Positions 47,920 to 59,656 of a stretch of DNA of 64,000 nt are shown in pieces (position 1 is the stretch's first letter; every line of letters starts with the position of its first letter). Position numbers and translations under genes: made by a program. The notes beneath the pieces are model-generated. The model ran no database searches. It saw nothing but the letters and a program-made list of their open reading frames with translations, and had not been told where the DNA came from. Source of the DNA: Takakia lepidozioides (taxonomy: Eukaryota; Plantae; Bryophyta); NCBI GenBank assembly GCA_030704615.1, contig CM060732.1, positions 51,336,001 through 51,400,000 on the forward strand, written 5' to 3'.

Positions 47920-48863
47920 ATGCCGCCTGATGGGCGTGGCTCTCCTGAGAGAGACCTCACATCCAGACCGCGGCGGAAGTTGAAAGCTCTGTACTACGGA
48001 CGACGGCCAATCTCTCGCATGGCCAAACTGAAGCTCCAGCAGGAGATTCCAGTGTCTTGCTCACAACCCGCGCCAACTGAAGCCGAGTACTCTCAGGCAA
48101 GCCACTTCTGCTTTCGCTTTGTTCGATTTCGCTTTTGCTTTCGCTTTCGCTTTCGCTTTGTTGCCTCGCTTTGTTTTTGCATCTTCATCCTGGCTTCGCT
48201 GGATGAGTGAACCTTAGATAGTTGAGTGAACCTTAGATTGTTTGCAATGCGTGTGCAAATCCGGCAGCTCTGGAGAAGGCTGCTTGTGCATGTCATTCTC
48301 AGGCAATGGTTGCATTTATTTTCATTGTTGTTGCATGGCTCTCCATACTTCCTAAACTTGTTATGTTTTCATTTTTGTTACACGATCGTTGCTATGGTGG
48401 TTACGCTGCTCGTTGCGATGCTGGTTTTGGCACCGATGTTGGTTCTCACGATTTTTGGGAATGACAGAGTGACGACGAGCCCGGCACGCTGGTGGTATAA
48501 TCGACAGCTCCAACTCATCGCATGTTTGAATCGCCCAACTTGGGGCGAGAGGGCAAACTTAAACCTTTTGTTGGTGGACGGGAGGACTTGCAACGAGAGT
48601 ACGACAGAATAGGCATTGGGGAGGTTGGTGCAGGCGGCATGGCAGGTGAAGGGCGTGAGGACATGAGGACAGCAGATCCGGCAATGGAGGTTGTTGATGC
48701 ACATGCAGTAGGGCCCGCCCACGCAAAGAAAAAGAAGAAAGCTAAGCACATGCAATCCCCGGCGAGAGAGCCGTCACGGGCTGCGGAGGGGGGAGTAAGC
48801 AGTGCGCGCGAGGGTGTTAGTTTGCCTCAATCAAAGGTGGTCGTCCTGGAGGGCTCCCCTGCT
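47920..48863 (+). pseudogene. MULE-2 accessory gene, 5' part (truncated)
   Basis: MPPDGRGSPERDLTSRPRRKLKALYYGRR..EYSQ, the same GC-AG intron, then SDDEP..VVVLEGSPA. Differences from the MULE-1 copy include synonymous changes. Confidence 0.75.
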
Positions 48864-49548
48864 GCTAGCGCCATTTTCCCAGGTTGGGGCCGAATATGCC
48901 AAAGTCCCAGAACTCACTGGGCCCGGAACTAGAAAAATGGCGCCGAATTTCCTGTTTCGGTGCCTGCCTCTAAAGGGACTTAGCCATTTTCGGGGCCGTT
49001 CACTGGAAATTCGGCGCCATTTTCCCTGGTTGGGCCCGAAAATGGCTAAGTCCCAGAACTGACTGGGTCCGGAACTGGAAAAATGGCGCCAAATTTCCGG
49101 TTTCGGTGCCTGCCACTGTAGGGACTTAGCCATTTTCGGGGCCCTGCACTGGATATTCGGCGCCATTTTCCCAGGTTGGGCCCCAAAATGGCCAAGTCCC
49201 AGCTAACTTTGCCCTGATCTGGATAAATGGCGCCGAATTTCCGGATTCGGTGCCAGCCACCCCAGGGACCTAGCCATTTTTAGGGCCCTCAACTGGAAAT
49301 TTGGCGCCATTTTCCCAGGTTGAGGCCGAGAATGGCTAAGTCCCAGATCTGACTGGGCCTGCAACTGCAAAAATGGTGCCGAATTTCCGGACCGAGTGCC
49401 AGGCACCCCCTGGACAGCCATCCCCCAGGGCCCGAATTCGGAAATTCGGCGCCATTTTTCCTGGGACCACAACTAATTTCATGCGCCACATAGGGCCTCT
49501 TACATCCTGCAAATGTTAGGACTAAAAAGAAAGGTACAACATATGTAC

Positions 49549-50323
49549 CTGTACAGAAGGCGCATTGCCGCTTTGTCCGCGTTCGGCTGGTCGGTGAACT
49601 CGTGGCTCCGGCGGGCATGGGGTATCTCTTGAAAGAATAGGTCGGTTTTGTAGAGCAGAAAATACTCGTCACATAGTCGCATAGGCTCTCAGCTTCACCA
49701 GAAATCTCCAGCTTGAACTGATGTGCTTGTGTGTCAAGCTGCTCTTGCGCATTCGTTGTCACCTGTGGAGATTCTCCAACAGACCATTTTCCTCAAAAAA
49801 TACAATAAATCCATCCGATACAAGAGTAGACGCCCCAAATGAAGCGTGGGAAAGTACCTGAAACCACCATGTCATGCGGTTCATCCACATGTCGAATGTG
49901 GGGTCGGACAGTTTGTCGAGTTTGGGGAAGCTCCACATGTCCCTTGTACTTTGGGAACCATTCCAGATTTGGAGCCACCGGGTCTGTCCAACCACCCAGC
50001 ATATTAGTAAGCACCAAACACTACAAAAACGAATTGCTACCACGACAATTTGGTTAAGAATGTATAACCTTTTCTGTTGCATCCACACATGATGTGGCTA
50101 GACGATGCAGCTTTTCCAATGTCATTGTGGGCTTCAGAGCGCGGGAGTAGTGCTTCCCTACCTCCACCAGAAAATCGGCACCAAGGGCGGGATCAGCTAT
50201 GGCCACGTACTTCACCATCCGCGACTTGTACTTGATGCGGGCCTTCGCCTCCGCAGCTTTGAGATACGATTCCAGTGCCGGGAGGGTTAGTTTCTTCTCC
50301 TCTGACTCCATGTAGAACCTCCG
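49549..50323 (-). pseudogene. Accessory gene middle exons (continuation of the MULE-1 gene, now inverted)
   Basis: Joining across the TSD gives in-frame DLAHARRFYMESEEKKL. The last exon ..DKAAMRLLY-AG|GT splices in phase to AG|G-TAC-TGC (R-YCKF) at 51885 on the plus strand. Confidence 0.78.
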
Positions 50324-50544
50324 GGGGGCTGCTATTTCATGAGCGGCATGAGCATGAGCGGAAAAAAAAAAAGCATGAGCAGACCATTGTGAGTCCACGG
50401 AAATAGGGTTAGGAGGCACGGAAATAGGGTCATGTGAAGTTGGAATGTGGCACCAGTGGACTTGAAATGCAACATTTTATTGCAAATTTTGTGGCAAGCC
50501 ACGTCTATACAAGTGTGTTCTAACTGTCATAGCCGGAATGGGCA

Positions 50545-51003
50545 CTACTCTCCTACACCCTCCGAGGAACTTGCCCCACCTTCTTCCTCATCCCCCTCAT
50601 CCCCCTCATCCTCCGAGCTCTGTGATGCATCAGTTCCACTATGCCTCTCAAAAATCCCGTCCTCTCCTTGGGGGACTGTCCACCTCACCTCCTGGGAATC
50701 TTCTGCGTCTTCTCCCCCACTTTCCTCAGCAGAATCCAAGACAAATCTACGAGCCCGACGGGCTCTAATAGCTGCTGCCTCCTCCCTCATCTTCATTTTC
50801 TTGAGGCTTGCCTCGTCTAAAATCTGCTGTACACGACTAGGTTCGAAACACCTCCTAATGGACACCGAAGCAAGCCGGGCAGCATAAGTAGGAAGGATGT
50901 ACTCCCTTTCTGGACTAGGCATGAAATCCCCCCTGGCAAAAAAAGGCACGTTCCTCCTGCCCATGAACTCCGGTGTAGACGTCCCTCCAGCAGTACTTGG
51001 CAT
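50545..51003 (-). CDS. Small ORF or exon with acidic C-terminus next to the MULE right TIR, function unknown
   Basis: Open frame MPSTAGG..FFARGDF..YAARLAS..RRFVLDSAEESGGED.., preceded by an acceptor-like TTACTGTAG. Confidence 0.45.
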   Translation of the reverse strand: MPSTAGGTSTPEFMGRRNVPFFARGDFMPSPEREYILPTYAARLASVSIRRCFEPSRVQQILDEASLKKMKMREEAAAIRARRARRFVLDSAEESGGEDAEDSQEVRWTVPQGEDGIFERHSGTDASQSSEDEGDEGDEEEGGASSSEGVGE

Positions 51004-51129
51004 CCTACAGTAAGAACAAATCCACTTCAAGAATGTCAATACCAGCACAACTAGAAAGGGTTTTCAATGAAATAAGAGAGCGGAGGGAGGTGCCTCACGA
51101 AATCTGGAGGCAACTTACAATGCCACCAC

Positions 51130-51510
51130 TCACTCGTAAACCGGGGGCTCCTCGGCCTCGATCCCAACTTCCTCCCCCTGCTCCTTCTCGGACTTTTCCT
51201 CATCCTCCGAGGATGCCTCTTCCCCTTTCGGCAGACGTTCAGCCGCTGCAAGTTCCGAGTTGTGGAGGGCAATATCTGGCTCGAAGGCGAACACATGCCT
51301 GTCGGACAACGTCCCTGCCCACATTGAAGCACCTGAGGAACAAAGCGGGCGGTTAATAGCTTGCGGCATGCAATTGCAATCGGGCCAGGGGACAAACTGA
51401 TCACGTGAAGGCTTACCCGTGCCGCATGTGAGGTCCAGAATCCGCCCTTGGACATCCGAGCACGTCTCCATGAGGGTTTGGATGAAAGCAGGGCTCCGGG
51501 TCCGGCTGTT
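51130..51510 (-). pseudogene. Accessory gene C-terminus: SAM-binding motifs X-I-II of a beta-class amino-methyltransferase-like domain
   Basis: Splicing intron 51333-51416 gives RSPAFIQTLMETCSDVQGRILDLTCGTGASMWAGTLSDRHVFAFEPD, then an acidic tail and stop. Confidence 0.78.
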
Positions 51511-51884
51511 CCAGTGCAGGGCCCCGAAAATGGCTAAGTCCCTACAGTGGCAGGCACCGAAACCGGGAATTCGGCGCCATTTTTCCAGTTTCAAGCCCAG
51601 TCAGTTCTGGGACTTAGCCATTTTCGGGCCCAACCAGGGAAAATGGCGCCGAATTTCCAGTGAACGGCCCCGAAAATGGCTTAAGTCCCTTTAGAGGCAA
51701 GCACCGAAATAGGAAATTCGGCGCCATTTTTCCAGTTCCGGGCCCAGTCAATTCTGGGACTTAGCCATTGTTGGCCCCAATCTGGAAAAATGGCGCCGAA
51801 TTTCCAGTTCCGGGCCTAGTCATTTTCATTCCCTAAAATTTACCTCGTTCCCAGGACCTCATTCTGTGTGTTTCTTGAATGCAG

Positions 51885-53008
51885 GTACTGCAAGTTCTCC
51901 CTTTTGGAGAAAGGACATCTGTCCTTCGAGCCGCCATTCTTCCTCGCATGGAGGAACCCTGGGACTAACTCCATGTACACTGACGTTATCGTGAAGGAGT
52001 GGCATCTGGAACATTTGCGCGACTGCCCTTGGTATGTGGACCTTCCGCCCGGCTCGCTCAACCCATCCAAGTTTCAATTGAAGCTGGATGCTGAGGCTCG
52101 ACGAAACCAGGCTCCGCTGCCTCCGCTGGGTCCAAAGGAGGCGAGAGCGCTTGCCCAGTCCAGGAAAGCGGCAGAGCTTGCTCAGGCAGGTATTCAAGAG
52201 AAATTGAATGAGAAGAATAAAGGACAAAAGAAAAGGACACGGAAACAGGGGAGTACAGTAACCCCCAAAAAACAGAAAACCACCGGGGCACCAGAGGAGG
52301 CGCAGGAGGGGCCCCAAGGGAGTGACTCTGACGACGACTTTGTGCAAGGTCCTGCAACTGCTGCTGCTGCTACCAAGTCCCGGTCGTCCGGTTCCCAAGT
52401 CAGTTTGGTCTGGGATTGGCTCTGCCAAGAAGTTGGCATTTGAGGCCGAGCCTACACGGCGGTATTCGGCGGTGACGTTTCCGAAGAGGCCAAAGCTAGA
52501 ACCCCCAACCATCATCCAATGTGTCAATGAGAGCTTCCTTGACGCTCTGGCTGCCAAGGCGAAGAAGGTGGCACACAGCAAGTCTGTGGAGGAGCAGAAG
52601 GGGAAAGCCAAGAAGAGGGCTCCGAGTACAGAGCCTAAAGACACCCCTGGTTTCGAATCCATGATGGAATTCTTCACGGCTGTGAGCACGGATTGCAAGA
52701 GCACTCGGGGTGGGGTTGAGGTGGAGAGAGCCTGCGATATGATTCTCCTCGATATTCCAGATGGGGAGCTGCTGGAGGGCCTGGATGGTGTGCCCACCTG
52801 GAACAGGTTTACTGAGGACTACTGGAGAGCCGGGTTTGGGCTGGCGGGGATGCTCCTGGATGACGGTGGATGTATGGTGGTCCTTGCCACAAGAGGGAAG
52901 ACCACAGACAATGTTGTGGCAAGGTGGACACCGAAAAGTGTCACCCCGGTCCTCCTCAAAAAATGGTTCTGCATCAATACGCAGGGGTTGCGAACTGAGG
53001 GCCAGAGT
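51885..53008 (+). pseudogene. Accessory gene long exon with MTase motif-IV-like CDMILLDIPDG
   Basis: YCKFSLLEKGH..WYVDLPPG, a Lys-rich linker, a frameshift near 52390, then CDMILLDIPDG (about 52734-52765), VPTWN and LLDDGGCMVVL. Cut by retro copy B at 53090. Confidence 0.7.
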
Positions 53009-54959
53009 ATAAGTTATCAATCTTTTGCATTCACTTCATATTGTGGTGTATCTGAACTAGACCCTGGAGTTGATCCTTCTTTTGTTGGATGTCAAGTTAT
53101 TTTACCACTAGTGTGAAACTAGCTAGAAAATAGCTAGCTTTTACATATTGACATTTTGGATTGGCCCAAGTGTCAATCCAGGGGTCAAGGCAGATTTAGG
53201 CCCTGGAGTGGTTATCTTCACGGCAAGCGCGGGAGGCTCATCTTTCTTGAGTTGAGCCTCACCGCGCCTAGCTATGGCGCCGTAGTGTGGATTCCCCATG
53301 GCGTGGGGTGCACTTGGCTTGACTTGTATTTGAGTGATGAGGTTATATATGCATGAGTTTATGCTTCAGCTTTGTGAGCTCGCATGAGCTTGTGCTTGTA
53401 TTCTTCTTCGTTATCACTCGAGAAAGATCAGCTCGAGTCTGTGAGTGCCAGGTTCGAGTTGTTTTGTAGCACTTGTGTTTTCATGAGAAGCAGTTCAGCC
53501 TAGAGTGCAGGGATCCGTGCATGAGCCTATCCAAAGTGGATAGAGTGCAAAGGCGAACAGGTTTGCAAGTTTGCAATGGATAGAGAGGCGGGTAGCCTAT
53601 GTTGAAGAGCGGCGTTGCATAGCTCAACGCTATGGCAACCAAGTTTGGGCTTCTAGTGTGAAGCGGGGAGATGCTGGTCTCGAGTGGGTGAACTGGTGGT
53701 CGTCTTCTTTTCAGCTGCAGGCCAAGTAAGAAGCTGCAGCAATGTGGAGCTACGAGGGTGTTAGATGTAAGTCATAGTTATCGGGAGCTCCAACTTCAAG
53801 CTCATAAGGAGGATATGAGTGAGAGAGATGGCTGATTTCTCTTGTATGCAAGCCAATGCATTTGTGCTATGTTGAGTTTGGGGGTTTCAATCTGAAACTC
53901 CAGCGGTATGAGAGCTCTTTGCCATGGCAAGAGCGTGCTGGAACAAGAGCTAAGAGGTGCGGCAAGGCCATGGAATGTGCACCTAGGGTTTCAGAGCTTG
54001 GAAGAAAAGTTCTTGGCACCACAATAGGAGTTCTTGTGGCTGGAAATGTAAGCCTTAGGGTTCAGGAGCTTGGCAAGGGCTGTGGAGTGCTTAGTCTTGT
54101 CTTAGAGAGCATCAAGGAGCCAAGATAGGGGGCTGATATCACTTGTGTGAAGAGGTGCATTGTGGAGCATGTATTCAGCTCATTGAAGCTTCCATCTTCA
54201 AGCTTGAGGGCAAGCAAGGAAGAGGAAGGGCTGACTTCCCTTATGTGGGGCAAGGCATGTGTGGAGCATGCTATCAGCCTGGTAAAAGCTTGCACTTTCA
54301 GGTGTGGGAGTGCAAGAAATTAAGGAGGGGCTGGTTTCCCTGTAGGGCTGTGGAGCATGCTTGCAGCCTGTTGAAGCTTGTATTTTCAGGTTTGTGTGGT
54401 GCAAGAAATGAAGCAAAGGAGCTGATTCTCTTATGCTGAGAGTGGGGCATGTGTGGAGCAGGCCTTCAGCCCATTGAGCTCTTGTTTCAAGCTTTAGAAA
54501 GCTAGAACGGAAGGTCTAGGGCGGTTTCCACTTGGAGTGAAAGAAATCACTGTAGGGCCTATGTGAGTTGGGGTTTCAACTTCAAGCTTGAAGGAGCGCA
54601 ACTCTTGAAGCAATCTGGTGTAGGGGGCTGGAATAGGCTCTAAGAAGAATGCTATGGCCAAGGAGAGTGCTTGAATGAGTGCTCACAAGGGCTGGTAACC
54701 AGTAGGGCTTGGTTGTTTGCCATTGAGTTTAATGCGTGTTGGGGAGGCTAAGTGGAAAGAAGGCTTGGTTGTGGCAACCACCTTATGGCTTAGGGCTACT
54801 ATGGTGGTGTGTGGGAGCCGAAAGAGCAAGAATACCTTGCTGATTTCCTCACAGCCGCCATAGTTCGGTGGAAGAGAAGCTAGAGTCCAAGAGACCACAA
54901 ACCCCTAGCTTGGCATGGCTAAACCATTGGAGAATGGCTAAACTGCCAGAGCGGCCCAT

Positions 54960-56060
54960 GGATGGGCTGTGATGGGCTGTCCCTGTGGCCTTGGGGCGAT
55001 GCCGGTGGCCTTCGGGGCTGTGACGGCTGTGAGGGGCTGTGGCGGCTGCGCAGGAATAGGTGGGCCTTCAGGGCTGTGACGGGCTGCGAGGGGCTGTGCC
55101 GGTGGCCTTGGGGGCTGTGTACGGGCTGTGAGGGCCCTGTGAGGGCCTGTGCCTGTGGCCTTATGGGGCTGTGACGGGCTTGGAGGGCCGGTGATGGCTG
55201 CGCTGGTGTGGACCTTGGGGCTGTGATGGGCTGTTAATGGGGCTGTGCCCTGTGGCCTTTTGGCTGTGAGGGCTGTAGATGGGGCTGTCACGGTCTGCGC
55301 CAGTTTTTTTTTTGGGGGCTTTGTGGCTGTGACAGCTGGTGACGGCTATGCCCTAGCCTTTGGGCTGTGCTGGGCTGCGCCGGTGCTTCAGGGCTGTGAC
55401 GGGCTATGCCGGCTGTGCCGGTGGCCTTCGGTCGGGTCTTTGACGCTGTGACTGGCTGTGACGGGCTGCGCAGGTGGCCTTGGGGGCTGTGATGGGCTGT
55501 GAGGGCTGTGCCGGTGGGGCCTTTTGTGGCGTGACGGGCTGTGCCAGTGGCTTTTGGGGTTGTGACGGGTTGTGACGGGCTGGGAGAGGCTGTGAGAGGC
55601 TGTGCCCGTGGCCTTTGGGGCTGTGAGGGACTGTGACAGCCCGTGCCTTAGCCTTTGGGGCTGTGAGGGGCTGTGTCAGGCCGTGCCTGAGGCCTTTGGG
55701 GGCTGTGAGGGGCTGTGACAGGCTGTGCTCGGTGGCCTGCGGGGCTGTGATGGGATGTGAGGGGCTGTGATAGGCTGTGCCCCATGGCGTGGGGCTGTGA
55801 CGGGCTTAAGGGGCTGTGACAGGCTGTGGCCTATGGCCTGTGGGGCTTGTGACGGGCTGTGACACGGCTGTGCCCAGTGGCATGTGGGGCGGTGACGGGC
55901 TGTTGCTGCTGTGACAGGCTGTGACAAGGCTGTCCCTATGGCTTGTGGGGCTGTGACGGGCTGTGACAGGCTGTGGCGCTTTGGGGCTGTGATGGGCTGT
56001 ACAGGCTGGCGGCATGTGGGGCTGTGACCCTGTGACCTGTGGAGGGCTGTGGCCTATTGT
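54960..56060. repeat. GGGCTGTGA minisatellite in retro copy B
   Basis: Same unit as 23360-24000, but the tract is longer. Confidence 0.92.
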
Positions 56061-59000
56061 GGGCCTTGCCTGTGGTCCTGTGGTGTCCCGTGTTGACCCG
56101 TGGATGCCTTGCTGACTCGTTGAGGCACTGGTGGACTGCCTAAGGACTGGCATGTGGTCTTGAAGGCCGAATTTTGAAGCTCGTGGAGGGCGGTTTGAGG
56201 AGTATCTTCATGATATTTCCCATGGTCATGCATAAGGGAAGAGAGGAGAGGAAGAGGGTGGATGAGGGCATGCTGGGGTTAGCATTGCTTTAGTTTCTTC
56301 TTCCTCGTAGTTTCACCTTCTTATTAGGCCAAGACCTTTCCGTCGTGGAGGCAAGAGTCAGTCTGGGTTTGGGCTGGGGTGTCTTTGCAGGAGTCAACAC
56401 CGTGGAGTTGTTTTTGTGTGGGGGAGTTGTCGTTCTGATTTTCTTGTGTTTGGATCCCCTCCATACCTGCATCTTGACTGTTCGCCATGCTAGTTTTGTG
56501 TGGGCGCTTGTTTTTTATAGGTGATTGGGTCCGGATTTGATCACCGGCCAGTCCTAGAGCATGCTGTCGATGGTGAGGCTGGGGTGATGACCAGCCAGAC
56601 CATCATTGTTTCTCCTGTGGTGAGGTTGGAGGTGATGACCAGCCAACCATAGGAGTGCTTGCGATGGATGCAGGTATAGGTGTAGGCTATGTTAGGAACT
56701 TAGTATTCCAAACCATAAGCCGCAACAGGTTCTCTACCCGGTTACCTTATGGAGAGGGGGTTAGGGACATGTTCATGCCCGGTTGAGTGTCAACAGAGGT
56801 GCCACTAGTTGCGGGGACAGTGCCGGTTCGAGCACTAGCGATACTAGTGGGTACACGAGACGAGGTGTGTGGTTTAGGCCACCTTCACCTCCTGTGTCTT
56901 CTACGGAAGGTTCTGATTCGGATTGTGAATCAGGAGGACTCATACTGGCGGTGCAAGTGTTTCTTTGCCATTGTTGTGGGACACAATTGAGGAGATGTAT
57001 GGAGCTACCAAGGGGCCACGAAGGTACTCTGGGGGCGGTGGGCACCATCGAGTTGGATGATTTTATCCAAGAGTTTGATAGTTGGTGTGATTTGTATCAA
57101 ATGCCCATCCACAACTATTTACGCCTTTCATGGCATGGAAGGGGCTGTTTTAGCACCTTGAGGGGCCGCCTAGGATGATTACCATGAGTTCAGGCGGGGG
57201 CATGAGGTTGAGATCGAGGAGGAGGAGTGGAGGATGTACGGGTCACCCGACTATGTCCTTATCACTAGGGGCACTAGAGCCACGAGGGCAATGGCTATAC
57301 CTGCCGCTGCACCGGCAGCTTCAGCAAGTAGTAGTGGGACTAGTGGGACTGGTGGTACAGTAGCTACGACGTCCACCCAAGCCACTACCGCACCAACACT
57401 AGTACCCGTGCCTGCCTTCAACCCTGTTGTGGAGTTCTTCGAAGAGTGAGAGGGAACTACCAAGGGGTGAGGACAGAGAAGTTGCGGAGCTGCAAGAGTT
57501 CCAATGGAAGCCACCGAGAGCTTGAGGGAGGCTTTCACTCACATGAGGCTTGATAAATGTAACCCAAGGGGTTACGGAAGCTCAGGCAGTCCAATTCTGG
57601 TATGGGATATTGGACAAGGAGCTAAGGAGAAGGGTGCGGGATGCAACTCTCCTACAAGCGGCCCAACCCACCTTAGCAAATGTGTTTTGCTGGCAGTGCG
57701 GATAGTAGAGCTCAACATGGTGGAGGAACGAGTGGTTCATGGTGGGATTTGCTAAGGAGACACCACGGGGTGGTGTGGGCCTCCTAGCCAACCCCTACCT
57801 CAATGTGCTCAAGGTGACAAGAGGGCTCAGATGAAGCTCAGGGAAGGGCAGAGAGGACCTCAGATGCAGGGGTTCTCTCCTTCATTTGCTGGCCAACAAC
57901 ACGGGCGATGTGGTGTGCTGGACATGTGGAGGACCCCATGTCAAGAAAGATTGCCCAAACGGAGGCAAATGCACAGCCTGCACAGTTGCAGTGTGGGCAT
58001 TGTGGCAAGCACGGGCATGGAGAGGCCCAGTGTTATGGTTTGCATCCTGAGTTGTGCCCAGGCCAGTGTCCAAGGGAACAATGGTGGCCGGGGGCAAGGT
58101 GGAGCAGCCCGAGAGGACGAGGTGGCCAGCCACGAGGTGCAGGCCAAGGGGCAAGCTCAACATGGCAAGGACGCGGAGGTCAGGGTGTTGATCAAGGCAT
58201 GGCCAACCGCTTCAGCAGCTAGAGCAGGAGGCTCGCTGCCATGGCTACAGCTCAGGTGGTACGGCTCTAAGGCCGGATGGTCCACCTCCTGCTCCTGAGG
58301 GATGAGATATGGGAGGCATGGGATTCATTGTGGAGCGCACTACCACTAGTGCAGGTGGGTCTGCTGCAGCCGTGACTCGAGGAGCAGCACGAGTTCCTGA
58401 GCCACGAGGTGCAGAGGTGGAGTTGGATCCACAGCGTGGGGCGGCAAGCCGTCAGGCTAGCTTCCTCAGTCATTCACATTGCGGAGACAGTGTCGACGCA
58501 ATCCATGGCACCTAGTCTTGCCCGACTGTTACCGAGGCGGAGGGTTACTATGCCATTGGGGAGAGCTACACGTGTAGCACCAATACCTAGTGTTGCCAAG
58601 GCTACGGCAGCCAATGTGCTGCTAGGAGCAGCCACATCTGTGTGCCAGGCTCCATTGTTCTCGGCTACCATGATTGCGACGCCGGGAGTAAGACTAGCTG
58701 AGGTGTTCAGGTTGGCAGCTACACTCTGTGAGAGTGGGGAGGTTACTTCATCTTTTGTGGAGATAGTGGGAGGTGTACTGCCGGAGGGATCCTCGGATTT
58801 GAGGGTCAAGACTGCCACGGCGGCGCCATGGCAAGTTGCAGCTACCAAGTTGATGGAGCTGCCAGCTAGGCCAGCCATTGAGCGCGCCATGGTGACACCT
58901 GGAGTTGTCATGTTAGACAACCAGGATGGCATTTTATGTTTGAGTGGACCGGCAGGCAGAGATACCGGCCATTGCGGGTCTTGTTGGACTCGGGAGCTCA

Positions 59001-59656
59001 GCCACTGATGCTGGGCAAAGCTGCTATTGCAGGCTTGGGCCTCACGGAGGCGGATATGGAGCCTTGTCCTTTCCAGATACAGACGTCTCTGGGAGGATCG
59101 GAGCAGGCTCGGGGGCATGACAGACACTCCATGACGTGAGTTGGTTATCAGACTACGGCCGGATCACCCTACAGATGGCTCAGTGATGCGACCAAGGGCC
59201 ATTGTGACAAACGCGGTCTCATACGACTGCCGGTTGGTGGGGCAGTGTTGTACCCCATGGGCTTCACCCTGGATTTTTGGGAGGAGTCCGCGTCCTATAG
59301 TGCCTGCATGGCGTCAGTGGGGGGAGGGCTGGCGTTTGCAGCTCCTGTGACGTTTCATAGGAGGAGTTGCGGTTGCCCACCGAGGCAAGATGCCGGAACT
59401 AGCAGCATTCACTATCGGCAGTGAGTTGGCCTAGAGAGTTGCTTGAGGGCCAAGTCATTCAGAGGATGTGCCCACCTGGTGAGAGCAGGATGGACATGTA
59501 TGGTATGGCAGAGTTGCCTACCATGGTTGCGCAGCTCCCTTGTGGAGCACGAGCAAGGATTTGCAAGCGGGATGCTGATAGAAGGTGCCACAGCTGGGTG
59601 GAGGCTTTGTACCGTCAGGAGAGGAGGAGAGTGTGGGGGATTGCACCAGGACCACT

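Larger units (their letters stand above)
41379..51510 (-). mobile_element. MULE-2: second copy of the same family inserted into the MULE-1 accessory gene, internally deleted and with its right end inverted
   Basis: Left TIR GAGGTTAGCTATTTCATGAGC at 41379. Right TIR now reads GGGGGCTGCTATTTCATGAGC from 50324. 9-bp TSD CGGAGGTTC at 41370-41378 and reverse-complemented at 50315-50323. Confidence 0.88.
48868..51796. repeat. Inverted repeat pair of about 285 bp (48868-49152 and 51511-51796) built of GGCGCCGAATTTCC units, flanking an inversion
   Basis: The reverse complement of 48868-49152 matches 51511-51796 with scattered substitutions. Confidence 0.9.
25328..53089 (-). mobile_element. MULE-1: large Mutator-like DNA transposon with accessory gene; right end not seen in this window
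   Basis: Left terminus GAGGTTAGCTATTTCATGAGCATGAGCGGCATGAGCGG at 25328 interrupts the gag of retro copy A (flank GTCCACCCAGC matches GTCCACCCAAGC at about 57371 in copy B). It carries a DDE/SWIM transposase and three nested insertions. Confidence 0.85.

Noticed and set aside
38885-53008. Bacterial contamination as the source of the ParB/MTase-like sequence
   Set aside because: The gene has spliceosomal introns and is physically nested with plant TEs through matching TSDs.
21492-57400. 21492 and 53090 as the two LTRs of one giant retrotransposon
   Set aside because: Both are followed by the same gag start, so they are better explained as two separate 5' ends; the LTR end could not be defined.
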